A stretch of DNA of 64,000 nucleotides. Origin: an uncultured Alphaproteobacteria bacterium. GTDB lineage: Bacteria > Bacteroidota > Ignavibacteria > Palsa-1295. Below are positions 28,706 through 38,686 of the stretch, in pieces. The translations under genes were made by a program, and so were the position numbers. The stretch is taken from contig CAYOJJ010000001.1 of the NCBI GenBank assembly GCA_964404255.1, positions 243,639 to 307,638 of the forward strand, read 5' to 3'. The stretch's first letter is position 1. The number at the start of each line of letters is the position of its first letter. Below the pieces are notes generated by a model. It saw only the letters and a list, made by a program, of their open reading frames with translations. It searched no databases and was not told the origin of the DNA.

Positions 28706-29353
28706 ATGAAGATCGCAGTATTCGGTACGGGGATGGTAGGTAATACGATCGGCTCTAAATTAGTGAGCCTCGGTCATGAAGTAATGATGGGTTCGCGCAC
28801 GGCAACAAATGAAAAAGCGGCGGCCTGGGTTGCTGCCAATGGGGCCAATGCTTCGGCAGGTACGTATTCCGATGCCGCTGCTTATGGTGAGATCGTGTTC
28901 AATTGTACGAACGGCGCCGGCTCGCTCGATGCCCTTCGTGCGGCCAGTGCTTCGAATCTCAGCGGTAAGATCATCGTCGATATTTCTAATCCGCTTGATT
29001 TTTCTAAGGGTATGCCACCTTCGTTGTTTGTCTGCAATACCGATTCACTTGCCGAGCAAATCCAGAAGGAATTTCCAAGTGCAAAAGTCGTGAAGACACT
29101 TAATACCGTCAATTGTAATCTCATGGTCAATCCTTCATTGGTTAAGGGCGATCATGATATGATGTATTGCGGTAACGATGCCGATGCAAAAGCGCAGGTA
29201 AAAGAAATCCTTACCGGCTGGTTCGGCTGGAAGCACACCCTCGATCTTGGTGATCTCACTGGCGCTCGTGGGATGGAGATGTGGCTGCCGTTATGGTTAA
29301 AGCTATGGGGAGCAGTCGGTAGTCCGAACTTCAATTTGCATATTGCAAAATAA
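28706..29353 (+). CDS. NADP-binding Rossmann protein, F420-dependent NADP reductase (Npd)-like family
   Basis: 'MKIAVFGTGMVGNTIGSKL...GHEVMMGSR' is a dinucleotide-binding motif. 215 aa. Confidence 0.6.
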   Translation: MKIAVFGTGMVGNTIGSKLVSLGHEVMMGSRTATNEKAAAWVAANGANASAGTYSDAAAYGEIVFNCTNGAGSLDALRAASASNLSGKIIVDISNPLDFSKGMPPSLFVCNTDSLAEQIQKEFPSAKVVKTLNTVNCNLMVNPSLVKGDHDMMYCGNDADAKAQVKEILTGWFGWKHTLDLGDLTGARGMEMWLPLWLKLWGAVGSPNFNLHIAK

Positions 29354-29354
29354 G

Positions 29355-30905
29355 CTACGGATTTCGCTCATAGATCTCAAAGACGCCTTCGGTACTTATA
29401 TAATGGTACTGCTCTCTGAAGTGATTATCTGCCTGCAGTTGCGTATTATAATTATCCGTTGAAGATGCAGCTAGTGTTGCCGCTTCATTACAACTGGCGC
29501 TAAGCAGCAGCACATAATTAGGACGTTTATCTATAACATATTCTGCATCGAATGTTTTGCCGGCCTTTCGGTCGCGGGCGATCTTTTTATCCATTAGTCC
29601 ATTTAGATCGAGTAACCTAATCGAAGGATTTCGAAAACCGATCAACCCTGCCTCACCGGTTGCCACCACCGCTGTATCATGGATATGCTCTTTTACCCAG
29701 CTTGCAGCAGCTTCATGATCGATCGTCGAATGACCGATGATCCTCGAGAATCCTGTTTCCATTGATAGGTGCTGACCGCGAAGCGTTACCCGTTCGATAA
29801 AAATAGTACAGAGGGAAAGAAACACACAGATAGTCATGGCAAGCACGGGCCGTGCAAAGAACCTTGTCCCGCCCCGAAACCTGAAAAAGAAGGAGCGAAG
29901 CCCGATAGTACTAAGTATAATGAGTATCGGGGCAATAGGAATAAGAAAGCGAAAGCCCGGCATCCAATCGCCACTCGAGTAGATAGTAAATACCGAAGCG
30001 GTACCAATGAATAATAAGCAGCTCACCAAAAAGCGGTGTCGATAGGTCGGCTCCGTAAATGAGAACGGTATCACAAATAATAATGGCCCGCATAAGCCAC
30101 CAAAACAGGCAAGCAAATACTTGAATCCTAAGATATAGGCTTTTATACCGCCGCCTGTTTTGGCGTAGAACGTATTAGGCAACAGATCGTGGTAGAGCGA
30201 CCATCTCCAGGTAATAAGTATTACCATAAGCAATAGATACGGGAGGAAGCAGTATCGTATCATTCTCAGTTTTTTTCCTGAAAGAATAAAGAGATATGCC
30301 ATAATGATGAGAGCAAATAGGGGCGCTTCGGGACGAACATAAGATGCGAGACCAAAAAATACTGCGAGGGAAAGATAATAACCGGGAGGAACAAGTTCTT
30401 TCGTTACTAATTGTTCGAGGATATAAGCGATCGATAAATAGAAGAAGGCGACCATTGTCATTTCCAATGCTCCGCAGCTCCAGAGGATAAAGGCCGAGCA
30501 CGAAGAGAGCGAGAGCACGGCAAGGGAGGCGTAAACCGTCTGATATAGGTCGCCGCGAAATAACCTTCTTGTGAAGATGAATAGTAGTACAATAGTCGCT
30601 AATCCAAAGAAATAGCTAAGGCCTTTTGCAGCCCAGAGCAGCCCTGCCTCACTTCGGGCGAGACCGGTATATTTTATTGCGGCGATCAATACTACCCACA
30701 AGGGATCGGAAAAACCTTCCACATATTCACCCGCATTATAGACAAACCCATTTCCCGAGGCGACATTATCGGCTACCCGCAGGGAAATAAAAATATCGTC
30801 AACTCCGAAGTTTATATAGTCGATCGTTTGTATCACGATCAATACACTGCTTAACCCCAGAAGAAGGACGACAAGCACGGACCGAGCCTTCCATTGAACC
30901 TTCAT
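29355..30905 (-). CDS. Polytopic membrane protein, GT-C-like, paralog of 775-2679
   Basis: 'GVDDIFISLRVADNVASGNGFVYNAGEYVEGFSDPLWVVLIA', 'RPEAPLF' and 'DLLPNTFYAKTGG' align with the 775-2679 motifs. The C-terminal soluble domain is distantly similar. Confidence 0.7.
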   Translation of the reverse strand: MKVQWKARSVLVVLLLGLSSVLIVIQTIDYINFGVDDIFISLRVADNVASGNGFVYNAGEYVEGFSDPLWVVLIAAIKYTGLARSEAGLLWAAKGLSYFFGLATIVLLFIFTRRLFRGDLYQTVYASLAVLSLSSCSAFILWSCGALEMTMVAFFYLSIAYILEQLVTKELVPPGYYLSLAVFFGLASYVRPEAPLFALIIMAYLFILSGKKLRMIRYCFLPYLLLMVILITWRWSLYHDLLPNTFYAKTGGGIKAYILGFKYLLACFGGLCGPLLFVIPFSFTEPTYRHRFLVSCLLFIGTASVFTIYSSGDWMPGFRFLIPIAPILIILSTIGLRSFFFRFRGGTRFFARPVLAMTICVFLSLCTIFIERVTLRGQHLSMETGFSRIIGHSTIDHEAAASWVKEHIHDTAVVATGEAGLIGFRNPSIRLLDLNGLMDKKIARDRKAGKTFDAEYVIDKRPNYVLLLSASCNEAATLAASSTDNYNTQLQADNHFREQYHYISTEGVFEIYERNP

Positions 30906-31088
30906 AGTGAATTCTGATTATCGTCTTAACACACTACTGGAGCAACCCAGGCTCATTCGGAAAGTTGTCGATCAGTCCAGGTCATTAATCTATCCCCATA
31001 GTATTCTATGATGTCCCAAAGATAAGTTTTCCCTTCGCGGAGAAAATATCGTATTTTTGAGATCTGTTAACAAGCACCTCACTCAACG

Positions 31089-32531
31089 ATGAAACGCTCT
31101 GCCCTTGCTCTGTTTCTGTTACTGCCGCTGGTTGTCTTCGCTCAGCATAATGACGAAGCCACCGACCGCACCGAAAAATACTTCGATCATATTCGTTCGA
31201 CCGAATCCGAATTGACCACTTTCTTTCAGGCGATGCCGAAAGGCGGCGACCTGCATAATCACTTCACGGGCGCCATTTTCCCTGAAGAATATTATGATAT
31301 TGCCCGCGATAGCGGCTTCTATGTGAATCTAAATACTTTTTCTCTGTATGCTCCGCAGACCAACTCCTACGACCCCGGTGTCGTAAAAATTAAAACCTAT
31401 ACCGGGCCGGTCGATATTCGCACTAACCTTATCGAGAACTGGTCGATCAGGAATTATACATCCTCCGAAGGCGCTCCGGACGATTTTTTCTTTTCGACAT
31501 TCGGCAAATTCGGCGCCCTCGTGCCTGGAAACGAGACCAAGTATTTGATGAACCTAAAGAAGCGCTATATCTCCGAGAATATTCAGTATCTCGAAACGAT
31601 GTTCCTTCGGGCTACTTACGATCATACTAATAAAGCGCTCGTCGGATATTTAAGCAGCAAGGATGCCGATCTCGAAAAGATTCAGGCCGTTCATGATAAA
31701 GCAGCGCTTTATAAAGTACTCGATGAGATCTATTCCGAACTTACAACAAAGTACTCTTTTACCGATGTGGCAAATTCCTTTTCACAAAATGTAAAAAGCT
31801 TGTATGCGAAGTCGGCTCTGCCGAATGGCGCCGATAGCGCACTCGAGCTTCGCTTCCTCAATTACTGCTCGCGTACTTTGCCGCCTTCCGATGTGTTCGG
31901 CCAGCTAGTACTGAGCTTTCTTTCCTGTGATAATGAGCTTATCGTTGGCGTAAATATTGTGGCGCCGGAAAATAACCCGACCTCGATGCAGGATTACTGG
32001 CTGCATACCATGTACTTTGCTTATCTGCACGAGAAATTCCCGCAGGTAAAATATTCTATGCATGCCGGAGAGCTGACAATGAATCAGGTGAAGCCGGAAG
32101 ACCTGCATTGGCATATCCGCCAGGCAGTGCTTGAAGCCGGGGCGAACCGCATCGGTCATGGAGTCGATCTTCCTTTTGAGCGCGATTGCCTCGCACTACT
32201 CGATACAATGGCCGCGCGAAAAACCGCCATTGAGATCAATCTTACCTCTAATGAATTTATTCTTGGTGTAAAAGATGGCTTTCACCCCTTCCCGCTGTAT
32301 TTCAGCCACCATGTACCTATTGTTATCAGCACCGATGATGCCGGTATCCTCAGAACTAATCATACCGATCAATTCGTCCTACTTGCAAAAAGGTATTCCG
32401 AGGTGAAGTATAAGGATATTAAGCAGTTCGTCTACAATAGTATCGACTACAGTTTCATGCCCGATGCGAAAAAGAAGACGCTGCATACAAAGCTCGATCA
32501 GAAATTCACGGCCTTCGAAAAACAATTCTGA
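31089..32531 (+). CDS. Secreted adenosine/adenine deaminase-family metallohydrolase (ADGF-like architecture)
   Basis: Signal peptide MKRSALALFLLLPLVVFAQ. 'MHAGE', 'NRIGHGVDL' and 'ISTDDAGI' match ADA catalytic motifs. Confidence 0.75.
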   Translation: MKRSALALFLLLPLVVFAQHNDEATDRTEKYFDHIRSTESELTTFFQAMPKGGDLHNHFTGAIFPEEYYDIARDSGFYVNLNTFSLYAPQTNSYDPGVVKIKTYTGPVDIRTNLIENWSIRNYTSSEGAPDDFFFSTFGKFGALVPGNETKYLMNLKKRYISENIQYLETMFLRATYDHTNKALVGYLSSKDADLEKIQAVHDKAALYKVLDEIYSELTTKYSFTDVANSFSQNVKSLYAKSALPNGADSALELRFLNYCSRTLPPSDVFGQLVLSFLSCDNELIVGVNIVAPENNPTSMQDYWLHTMYFAYLHEKFPQVKYSMHAGELTMNQVKPEDLHWHIRQAVLEAGANRIGHGVDLPFERDCLALLDTMAARKTAIEINLTSNEFILGVKDGFHPFPLYFSHHVPIVISTDDAGILRTNHTDQFVLLAKRYSEVKYKDIKQFVYNSIDYSFMPDAKKKTLHTKLDQKFTAFEKQF

Positions 32532-32540
32532 CCGTAAATA

Positions 32541-32572
32541 AAAAGAGCCGCTTGTAGCGGCTCTTTTATTAT
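32541..32572. terminator. Bidirectional rho-independent terminator between convergent adenosine-deaminase and M42 peptidase genes
   Basis: 'aaataaaaAGAGCCGCTtgtAGCGGCTCTtttatt': a perfect 9-bp stem flanked by A- and T-tracts. Confidence 0.8.
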
Positions 32573-32583
32573 TCAACCTATCG

Positions 32584-33654
32584 TCACGGTCTGAAATCCA
32601 TCTTGCCATTTAGAGCAAGAATGAATTCTGTTAATAGATTCACACAATGATCGATGTCATTTAAGTCCAGCACTTCGACCGAGGAGTGCAGGTAGCGGGT
32701 CGCCGGGCTCAGGACATTGATCGGAATACCGGAGCGGGCCTGGCTGATGGGGTCGGCATCGGTTGAAGTATGGCCGTTATCGACCTCGACCTGATACGGA
32801 ATATTTTTATCGACGGCCGTCTTAATCATGAGGTCGCTGATCTTGCGATTATTACGAATACCGCGTGAGATCACTGCACCTTTGGAAACATCGACCTGTC
32901 CCCATAATTCTTTCGAGATACCGGGAGAATCCGTAGCAGGAGTAACATCGAGTGCTACGGCAAGTGTGGGGTTCAAGTGATACCCCGCCTGACCGGCACC
33001 CCAGACCCCTGTCTCTTCCTGAATGGAGCTTACACCATAGACGGTAGCCTTAAGTTCATTACGGCGGCCATGTAAATTCTTCAATACTTCGGCTACGATA
33101 TAAATGCCAATTCTATTGTCGAAACAGCGGGCGGTGGCACGGGTATCGATGAGGCGGTTATACCCTTCGCCATAGATCGCCACATCACCGATAGCAACAT
33201 ACTTCTCGGCTTCTTCTCTGTTGGTTGCACCAATATCGATCCAGACATCGGTATAGGTGATCTTCTTTGCGCCGCTATCGTCCTTCATGTGATGCGGGGC
33301 TGTGCGGCCGACAACTCCGTGCACTACTCCACCGGTCTTCGAGGAGAAGATACGTACTCGGTGAGATGGTAGAATTGCCGGATCGACACCACCTACGCGA
33401 GAGACATACAAAAATCCGTCGGAATTGATATAGCGGATGACAAGGCCGATCTCATCGGCATGACCGACGATCAGAATAGAAATATCTTCCGTGCCTTTGA
33501 GCGTTGCAATGTTATTGCCGTGACCAATGACCTCGATCGAATCCGAGTACGGCTTAACGGCATCGCGCCAGAGGCTCTGCACATTCTCTTCGTAGTTCGA
33601 GACACCCGGCGTTTCAATAAGTTTTTGTAGGAATTGCTCCTGTGATTGATTCAT
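32584..33654 (-). CDS. M42 family metallo-aminopeptidase
   Basis: 'ILIVGHADEIGLVIRYINSDGFLYVSRVGGVDP' is a typical M42/FrvX signature. Confidence 0.85.
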   Translation of the reverse strand: MNQSQEQFLQKLIETPGVSNYEENVQSLWRDAVKPYSDSIEVIGHGNNIATLKGTEDISILIVGHADEIGLVIRYINSDGFLYVSRVGGVDPAILPSHRVRIFSSKTGGVVHGVVGRTAPHHMKDDSGAKKITYTDVWIDIGATNREEAEKYVAIGDVAIYGEGYNRLIDTRATARCFDNRIGIYIVAEVLKNLHGRRNELKATVYGVSSIQEETGVWGAGQAGYHLNPTLAVALDVTPATDSPGISKELWGQVDVSKGAVISRGIRNNRKISDLMIKTAVDKNIPYQVEVDNGHTSTDADPISQARSGIPINVLSPATRYLHSSVEVLDLNDIDHCVNLLTEFILALNGKMDFRP

Positions 33655-33781
33655 CTATTGTTCTCATAAAAATGTATCGCATGGTTAACGCTCGTTTACC
33701 GAGAGAGTTTCCCCCGCAATTTCCCAGAACTTGTAGATGGTAACAGAGGGATTGCTATCGCGTATGTTTGTAGAGACGACC

Positions 33782-34531
33782 ATGAGAACATTTTCTATTT
33801 TTATCGGCGCGCTGCTCTGCAGCCTCGTTCTTCCGTTACGCGATACGCTTTGTTTTTCAACTCCTGACCCGACCCATTTCCGTCTGCTGCTGACAACCGA
33901 TTCCAATGCCGGCGGGCGCCACCTCGATGTCTGGACCGTACTTCCACAAGCGAACGATCCTAAACATCCGAACCTTGCTTTTATTAATGCGAAGGTGTAT
34001 ATCGATGGAATAGCTTTACCGGTCAATGATGGTACGGGCGGGCAGGTTAATTTTAAGGATGGGCATGTACCGGATTCGGTCACTATTCTTGTCGTTCAGG
34101 GAAAAGATTCTGCGTTGTTCAGGCTTCCTATCCCCCATTCGATGATGGAGCTGCGGCCGGTAGTTCATCGGTCTTCGATCGCTACCTACATCAATATCAT
34201 TCAGCGACAACTCGGGCCGAGCGATGAAGCCGACGTCTTTTTTTCCATTCCCCCGGATGATAAAAATCCCCATCTTCCGGCACGATTGAAAGCTACCCGG
34301 CACTCGGTAGAACTTGCTCCGAGCAGAGGAACACCCGGCGATATCCATTCCGAATTCTATGCCGTCCCGGCAAAACTCGATACGGGATCATATCTTTTAC
34401 AAATTACGGTCGATAATGGAATAACGGCCATTTCCCCTTTTAGATCTTCCGTTAAAAAGGAGCGGCAGCCGGTGTTCGAATCAGTGGCTATAACCCATAC
34501 AGAAAAAACTATTACTCTTGTAGATCCCTAA
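33782..34531 (+). CDS. Secreted hypothetical protein
   Basis: The probable start is MRTFSIFIGALLCSLVL (signal peptide). No recognisable motif. Confidence 0.45.
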   Translation: MRTFSIFIGALLCSLVLPLRDTLCFSTPDPTHFRLLLTTDSNAGGRHLDVWTVLPQANDPKHPNLAFINAKVYIDGIALPVNDGTGGQVNFKDGHVPDSVTILVVQGKDSALFRLPIPHSMMELRPVVHRSSIATYINIIQRQLGPSDEADVFFSIPPDDKNPHLPARLKATRHSVELAPSRGTPGDIHSEFYAVPAKLDTGSYLLQITVDNGITAISPFRSSVKKERQPVFESVAITHTEKTITLVDP

Positions 34532-34584
34532 CACAGCTCCATAGAGAGCATCAGCGCGTTCTAAAGCATTGTACATTGTAAGCC

Positions 34585-35091
34585 TTATCGCTTTTCAAAA
34601 TTCAGCGACGCAGAGTTCATGCAATAGCGAAGGCCGGTCGGCTTTGGACCGTCATCGAAGACATGACCAAGGTGAGCGCCGCAATTCGAGCACACTACTT
34701 CCGTACGCTCCATACCATAGCTGTTATCCGATCTATTGACTACCGCTTTTTCATTGATAGGTTTATAAAAACTCGGCCAGCCGGTCCCGGATTCGAACTT
34801 CGTTTTTGAATCGAAGAGCTTCTGCCCGCAGACAATACATGTGTACGTACCGTCTTCATGATTATCCCAGTACTTGCCGGTATACGCTCGCTCGGTGCCT
34901 TGCTCCTGGGTAACGTTATATTGTTCGGGTGTGAGGCGTTTACGTAGTTCGCTTTGGCTGAAGGTTTTGCGCGGCCTGAACTTCATCGAATCGGCAGTAC
35001 TATTTCCTGCAGTAGATTTTCCGCAGGAAGAGGATGATCCAAGTACGGCAATCAAACCGATGATAATGAGTAATACGCGAGTCGCTTTCAT
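34585..35091 (-). CDS. msrB: Peptide-methionine (R)-S-oxide reductase MsrB, lipoprotein (periplasmic) form
   Basis: Lipobox 'GSSSSC'. SelR motifs 'CGWPSF' and '[21 protein letters not shown]'. Confidence 0.9.
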   Translation of the reverse strand: MKATRVLLIIIGLIAVLGSSSSCGKSTAGNSTADSMKFRPRKTFSQSELRKRLTPEQYNVTQEQGTERAYTGKYWDNHEDGTYTCIVCGQKLFDSKTKFESGTGWPSFYKPINEKAVVNRSDNSYGMERTEVVCSNCGAHLGHVFDDGPKPTGLRYCMNSASLNFEKR

Positions 35092-35156
35092 ATTCTTATT
35101 AATTTTGTAGTAGATACAACGTCTTATCGTTGCCAGATTTAATAGTACGAGCAGTT

Positions 35157-35819
35157 ATGAAAACAGTTGCAGTCATTCTCTCAGGATGCGGCTACCTCGA
35201 TGGAGCCGAGATCCGCGAATCCGTCGCCACCTTATTGGCGCTTGCCAAACGCAAAGCCACGGTGCATATCTTTGCGCCCGATGCACCACAGACCGTTGTT
35301 ACGAATCACTTAAGTGCGAAAGCTACCCCGGAGACACGTAATATGCTTATCGAAGCAGCCCGCATTGCCCGGGGAAAGATCAGCCCGCTTTCCGAACTTC
35401 CCGATCTCGATTACGATGCCATGATCCTGCCCGGCGGCTTTGGGGTTGCAAAAAACCTTTGTACGTTCGCTAACGATGGCGCTGCCGGCAAGATCCTCTT
35501 TCCCGAACTCGAACGCGATATAAAGGGAATGTATCAGGATGGCAGGCCGATCGGAGCTATTTGCATTTCTCCCGCTCTTATAGCTCTTGCCCTAAAAGGA
35601 GAGAAGCTGGAATTGACCCTTGGCGCCGATAATGGCGCTGCCGACGAAATAAGAAAGCTTGGCCATACCCACATTGTTACTACTCCTTCAGAGATCCATA
35701 TCGACGAAGCCCACAAGATCGTTACGACCCCGGCTTATATGTATGACGATGCCGCGATCGACGAAGTTTTTACCGGTATCGATGCCCTGGTCGAAGCAGT
35801 GCTCTCAATGACGCATTAA
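35157..35819 (+). CDS. elbB: DJ-1/PfpI-family glyoxalase ElbB
   Basis: 'MKTVAVILSGCGYLDGAEIRE' and 'AICISPALIA' match ElbB. The start is at the internal Met of the called ORF. Confidence 0.8.
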   Translation: MKTVAVILSGCGYLDGAEIRESVATLLALAKRKATVHIFAPDAPQTVVTNHLSAKATPETRNMLIEAARIARGKISPLSELPDLDYDAMILPGGFGVAKNLCTFANDGAAGKILFPELERDIKGMYQDGRPIGAICISPALIALALKGEKLELTLGADNGAADEIRKLGHTHIVTTPSEIHIDEAHKIVTTPAYMYDDAAIDEVFTGIDALVEAVLSMTH

Positions 35820-36847
35820 AAATTCTTCGAAGTAAATTCGGGAGCGGCAACTTCGATGGGCGGAAGATCGATAAGATCGAACGCATCGATCTTTTCAAGA
35901 TCGAGTACGCTCGTCCCGTCGTCATCGGTTGAAATAGCCGAGACGAATTTTGCTCCGTAAATAATCTCATTGTGAACGTATGAGCTGCGGGAATAGACCG
36001 TCTGCGAATACGTCTCATCGTACGCTTTAATCTGCACCATCACTTCCGAATCTCCGGCGATGATCTCTTCGCGCGTATAACCGAAGAGCGGGCTGGCTTC
36101 GCTGATTGGATGAACGATCGTCCAACTCGATGCCAGGACACTTACCCGTTGCAATTCCAGCGGCAAGGTATAAAATTTTCTCGATAATCCTCCGCTTTCC
36201 GAAAGCTCATTACGCGAGAGAATCATCAAGGCTTCGAGCTCGATAAGCTGGTTACGCCTGCCATTGGCCAGACGCACCATTACCCCCCGGCCTCCTTTAT
36301 AGGGAGCAACGACGGCTGTCTTACTATAAATAATATTTGCATCCGGATGCGAAAAGCGCCCATATAATAAACCGGTAGCCATCGCAAAAGAAAGCAGGCC
36401 GAGCATTGATTCTATGGCCGCCACCAGGCTCGTTGAAAAACCTACTGGGCTAATACGCCCATAACCGAGGGTCGTCAGTGTTTGAGTACTAAAGAAGAAC
36501 GCTTCGCTGAATTGATCGAAGAAGGTATCGCCGATCATACCATGCAAATGCTCTACCCCGAGCAAATAATAAAGAATGGCAAAAACAAGATTTGTGGCGA
36601 TAAATACAATAAAGAGCATCAGGAAGAACTTGCTCCATCTCATTGTCACGAGCGAGTGAAAAGAGTTATTGAAGAAGTTCTGGCGCTCGCCGATGCGGCG
36701 TACATTAAATGTTCCATCCTGCCGGACCAGGCGTTGGCCACTATAGGTCGGACGCGTACCGAAGCCAAGCTCCGCCGCTTCGGCAGGCTTTTGGCCGTCG
36801 TGTTGTTTTGGGCGCAACAATACTCTATTCTTCGATCGGTAAATCAT
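35816..36847 (-). CDS. Inward-rectifier-type K+ channel (KirBac-like)
   Basis: Selectivity filter 'TTLGYG' between two TMs. The cytoplasmic beta-rich domain 'RLANGRRNQLIE...HPISEASPLFGYT' resembles KirBac1.1 'RAANARQNVIAE...HVIDESSPLFGET'. Confidence 0.85.
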   Translation of the reverse strand: MIYRSKNRVLLRPKQHDGQKPAEAAELGFGTRPTYSGQRLVRQDGTFNVRRIGERQNFFNNSFHSLVTMRWSKFFLMLFIVFIATNLVFAILYYLLGVEHLHGMIGDTFFDQFSEAFFFSTQTLTTLGYGRISPVGFSTSLVAAIESMLGLLSFAMATGLLYGRFSHPDANIIYSKTAVVAPYKGGRGVMVRLANGRRNQLIELEALMILSRNELSESGGLSRKFYTLPLELQRVSVLASSWTIVHPISEASPLFGYTREEIIAGDSEVMVQIKAYDETYSQTVYSRSSYVHNEIIYGAKFVSAISTDDDGTSVLDLEKIDAFDLIDLPPIEVAAPEFTSKNF

Positions 36848-36852
36848 TGTCG

Positions 36853-37263
36853 TTACTTTGCTTCGGTTTCTCCTTCTTTAAAGACAAGCGAGGCGGAATT
36901 GATGCAGTACCGTAAATGTGTGGGCGGCGGCCCGTCATCGAAGACATGGCCAAGATGCGCGCCACAGGTAGCGCAGGTAATTTCTTTACGGTACATTCCG
37001 AAAGATAAATCGACGGATTCTTTAATGGCTACATCCTTCGTCGGCTGGTAAAAACTCGGCCAGCCGCAGCCGGATTCGAATTTTGCTTCCGAGGCAAAAA
37101 GCGGCGTATCGCAGACCACGCAGTGATATATGCCCTTCTTGTGGTTATTCCAATACTCCCCGGTGAAGGCTCGTTCGGTACCTTTTTCCTGGGTCACATG
37201 ATATTGCATCGGCGTCAGGCGCTCTCTGAGCTCCTCATCGCTAAAAATCTTCTTGGTTTCCAT
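36853..37263 (-). CDS. msrB: Peptide-methionine (R)-S-oxide reductase MsrB (cytoplasmic form)
   Basis: 'CGWPSFYQP' and '[24 protein letters not shown]'. No signal peptide. 5 nt upstream of the Kir gene on the same strand. Confidence 0.9.
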   Translation of the reverse strand: METKKIFSDEELRERLTPMQYHVTQEKGTERAFTGEYWNNHKKGIYHCVVCDTPLFASEAKFESGCGWPSFYQPTKDVAIKESVDLSFGMYRKEITCATCGAHLGHVFDDGPPPTHLRYCINSASLVFKEGETEAK

Positions 37264-37397
37264 TTGGGTGGTAATTCAGTAGCCTACATAGTACGAATAT
37301 ACCACCGAAGCGTTACAAGCCGCTTATACTGTGAAAGAGGCCCCGTTTCTTTATTTGTACTGTTCGGAAAGGCCGTTTTGGACTTCTTATAAATAAC

Positions 37398-37433
37398 AAC
37401 TCCTTCCCTCTTGTGCGAAAGAAGGAAGGAGTT
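37398..37433 (-). terminator. Putative terminator hairpin downstream of the BNR/T9SS gene
   Basis: 13-bp arms AACTCCTTCCCTC / GAAGGAAGGAGTT (1 mismatch), 10-nt loop. On the minus strand it is followed by GTTATTTATAAG. Confidence 0.4.
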
Positions 37434-37459
37434 AATTAAGAAATTAACGACGTATCAGA

Positions 37460-38686
37460 TCAATTTATCAATAATTTCCCATGCCCCATCTGCTTATTAC
37501 CCTCTGAAACTCCCTCCCAGAAATATACCCCGTTTGAAAGCGAGGCCATGGAAACTTCATGCTGGCCCTGCAGGTCTTTTTGCAGGACTTTGCGACCGAG
37601 ATTATCATAGATCGCTATCGAATTCATTCCGGCATCTTCGGCCAGGTGCAGTACCTTTCCGGCATCGATACCAGCAACCATCTCGCGCTCGGAAGAAGGG
37701 ATATAGACCGATTCCTGTGGTGTATTTATGAACAGTACTCCGTTCTGGCCACCAACGAGTTCTTTGCCATCCGGCGAAAGCGCCATCATGGTAAATACCT
37801 GGTCTTTATTATAATAATCTGTTTTCCAGCTTTCACCGCCATCGGTACTTTTTACGATGCGCCCGTTTTGATTCACGGCGTACCCCGTATTGTTATCGTG
37901 AAAATCAATAGCGATGAACACACTGCTATCAGTGCCTTCATAAACCCGTTTCCAGCTATTGCCGCCATCAACTGTTTTATAGATGGCATCCTGGCCATCG
38001 GAGCCGGCATAGAAGCCTGTGCGATCATCGAGAAACTTCAACCCCCCAATGCTTCTGGTTTGATCGAAATCTTTAAGCAGCGACCAGCTCAAACCACCAT
38101 CGGTCGATTTATAGATCTTATCGGCAAGACTGGGAATAAAACCGCCTGCGGCATAACCGGTCATCGCATTAGGAAAATTTAAGTATCGATACACCAGTGT
38201 ATCGTTACCGGTATCCGCCGCTTTCCAAAATTTTCCGGCATTAACTGTTTTAATAATAAGGCCGTTAAACCCGCAGGCAACTATAGTATCAACCCCCAGT
38301 TGCTTTACCGCATATAATCCGAGCGAAGAAGAGAAATTAATATTATTCCAATTATCGCCGCCATCGAATGACTGCATGAGCAGTGCACAACCGCAGGTCG
38401 GATCATAACCCGCTACATAGGCTACATCTTTCGAGATAGAACTGACACCGAATAAAAAATAATCGTCAACCACACCCCAAATATCCTTGAAGTGCATCCC
38501 CCCATCGGTCGATTTGAAGATAGTAACATTTCCATTTCCCCAGGCGCTCAGGTAGGCGGTCATGGTATCGCCAAAAGCTCCGCCATAATAACTTTGGGGT
38601 AACGGCGCTCCCAACGAATGCCATTGCGATTCGGCGGCAGTGCTGACAAGCAGCAGACAAAGAGAAAAAAGTACCGATGTTTTCAT
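37460..38686 (-). CDS. Secreted BNR/Asp-box repeat protein with T9SS C-terminal sorting domain
   Basis: Start at MKTSVLFSLCLLL (signal peptide). Repeated 'S(T)xDGGxxW(F)K' Asp-boxes (at least 5). The C-terminal ~80 aa look like a T9SS CTD. Confidence 0.75.
   Translation of the reverse strand: MKTSVLFSLCLLLVSTAAESQWHSLGAPLPQSYYGGAFGDTMTAYLSAWGNGNVTIFKSTDGGMHFKDIWGVVDDYFLFGVSSISKDVAYVAGYDPTCGCALLMQSFDGGDNWNNINFSSSLGLYAVKQLGVDTIVACGFNGLIIKTVNAGKFWKAADTGNDTLVYRYLNFPNAMTGYAAGGFIPSLADKIYKSTDGGLSWSLLKDFDQTRSIGGLKFLDDRTGFYAGSDGQDAIYKTVDGGNSWKRVYEGTDSSVFIAIDFHDNNTGYAVNQNGRIVKSTDGGESWKTDYYNKDQVFTMMALSPDGKELVGGQNGVLFINTPQESVYIPSSEREMVAGIDAGKVLHLAEDAGMNSIAIYDNLGRKVLQKDLQGQHEVSMASLSNGVYFWEGVSEGNKQMGHGKLLIN

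Noticed and set aside
36482-37051. 189-aa plus-strand ORF spanning the Kir/msrB junction
   Set aside because: It is antisense to two well-supported genes (KirBac-like and MsrB) and has no motif.
37559-38182. 207-aa plus-strand ORF
   Set aside because: It is antisense to the BNR-repeat/T9SS gene, whose Asp-box repeats and CTD are clear.
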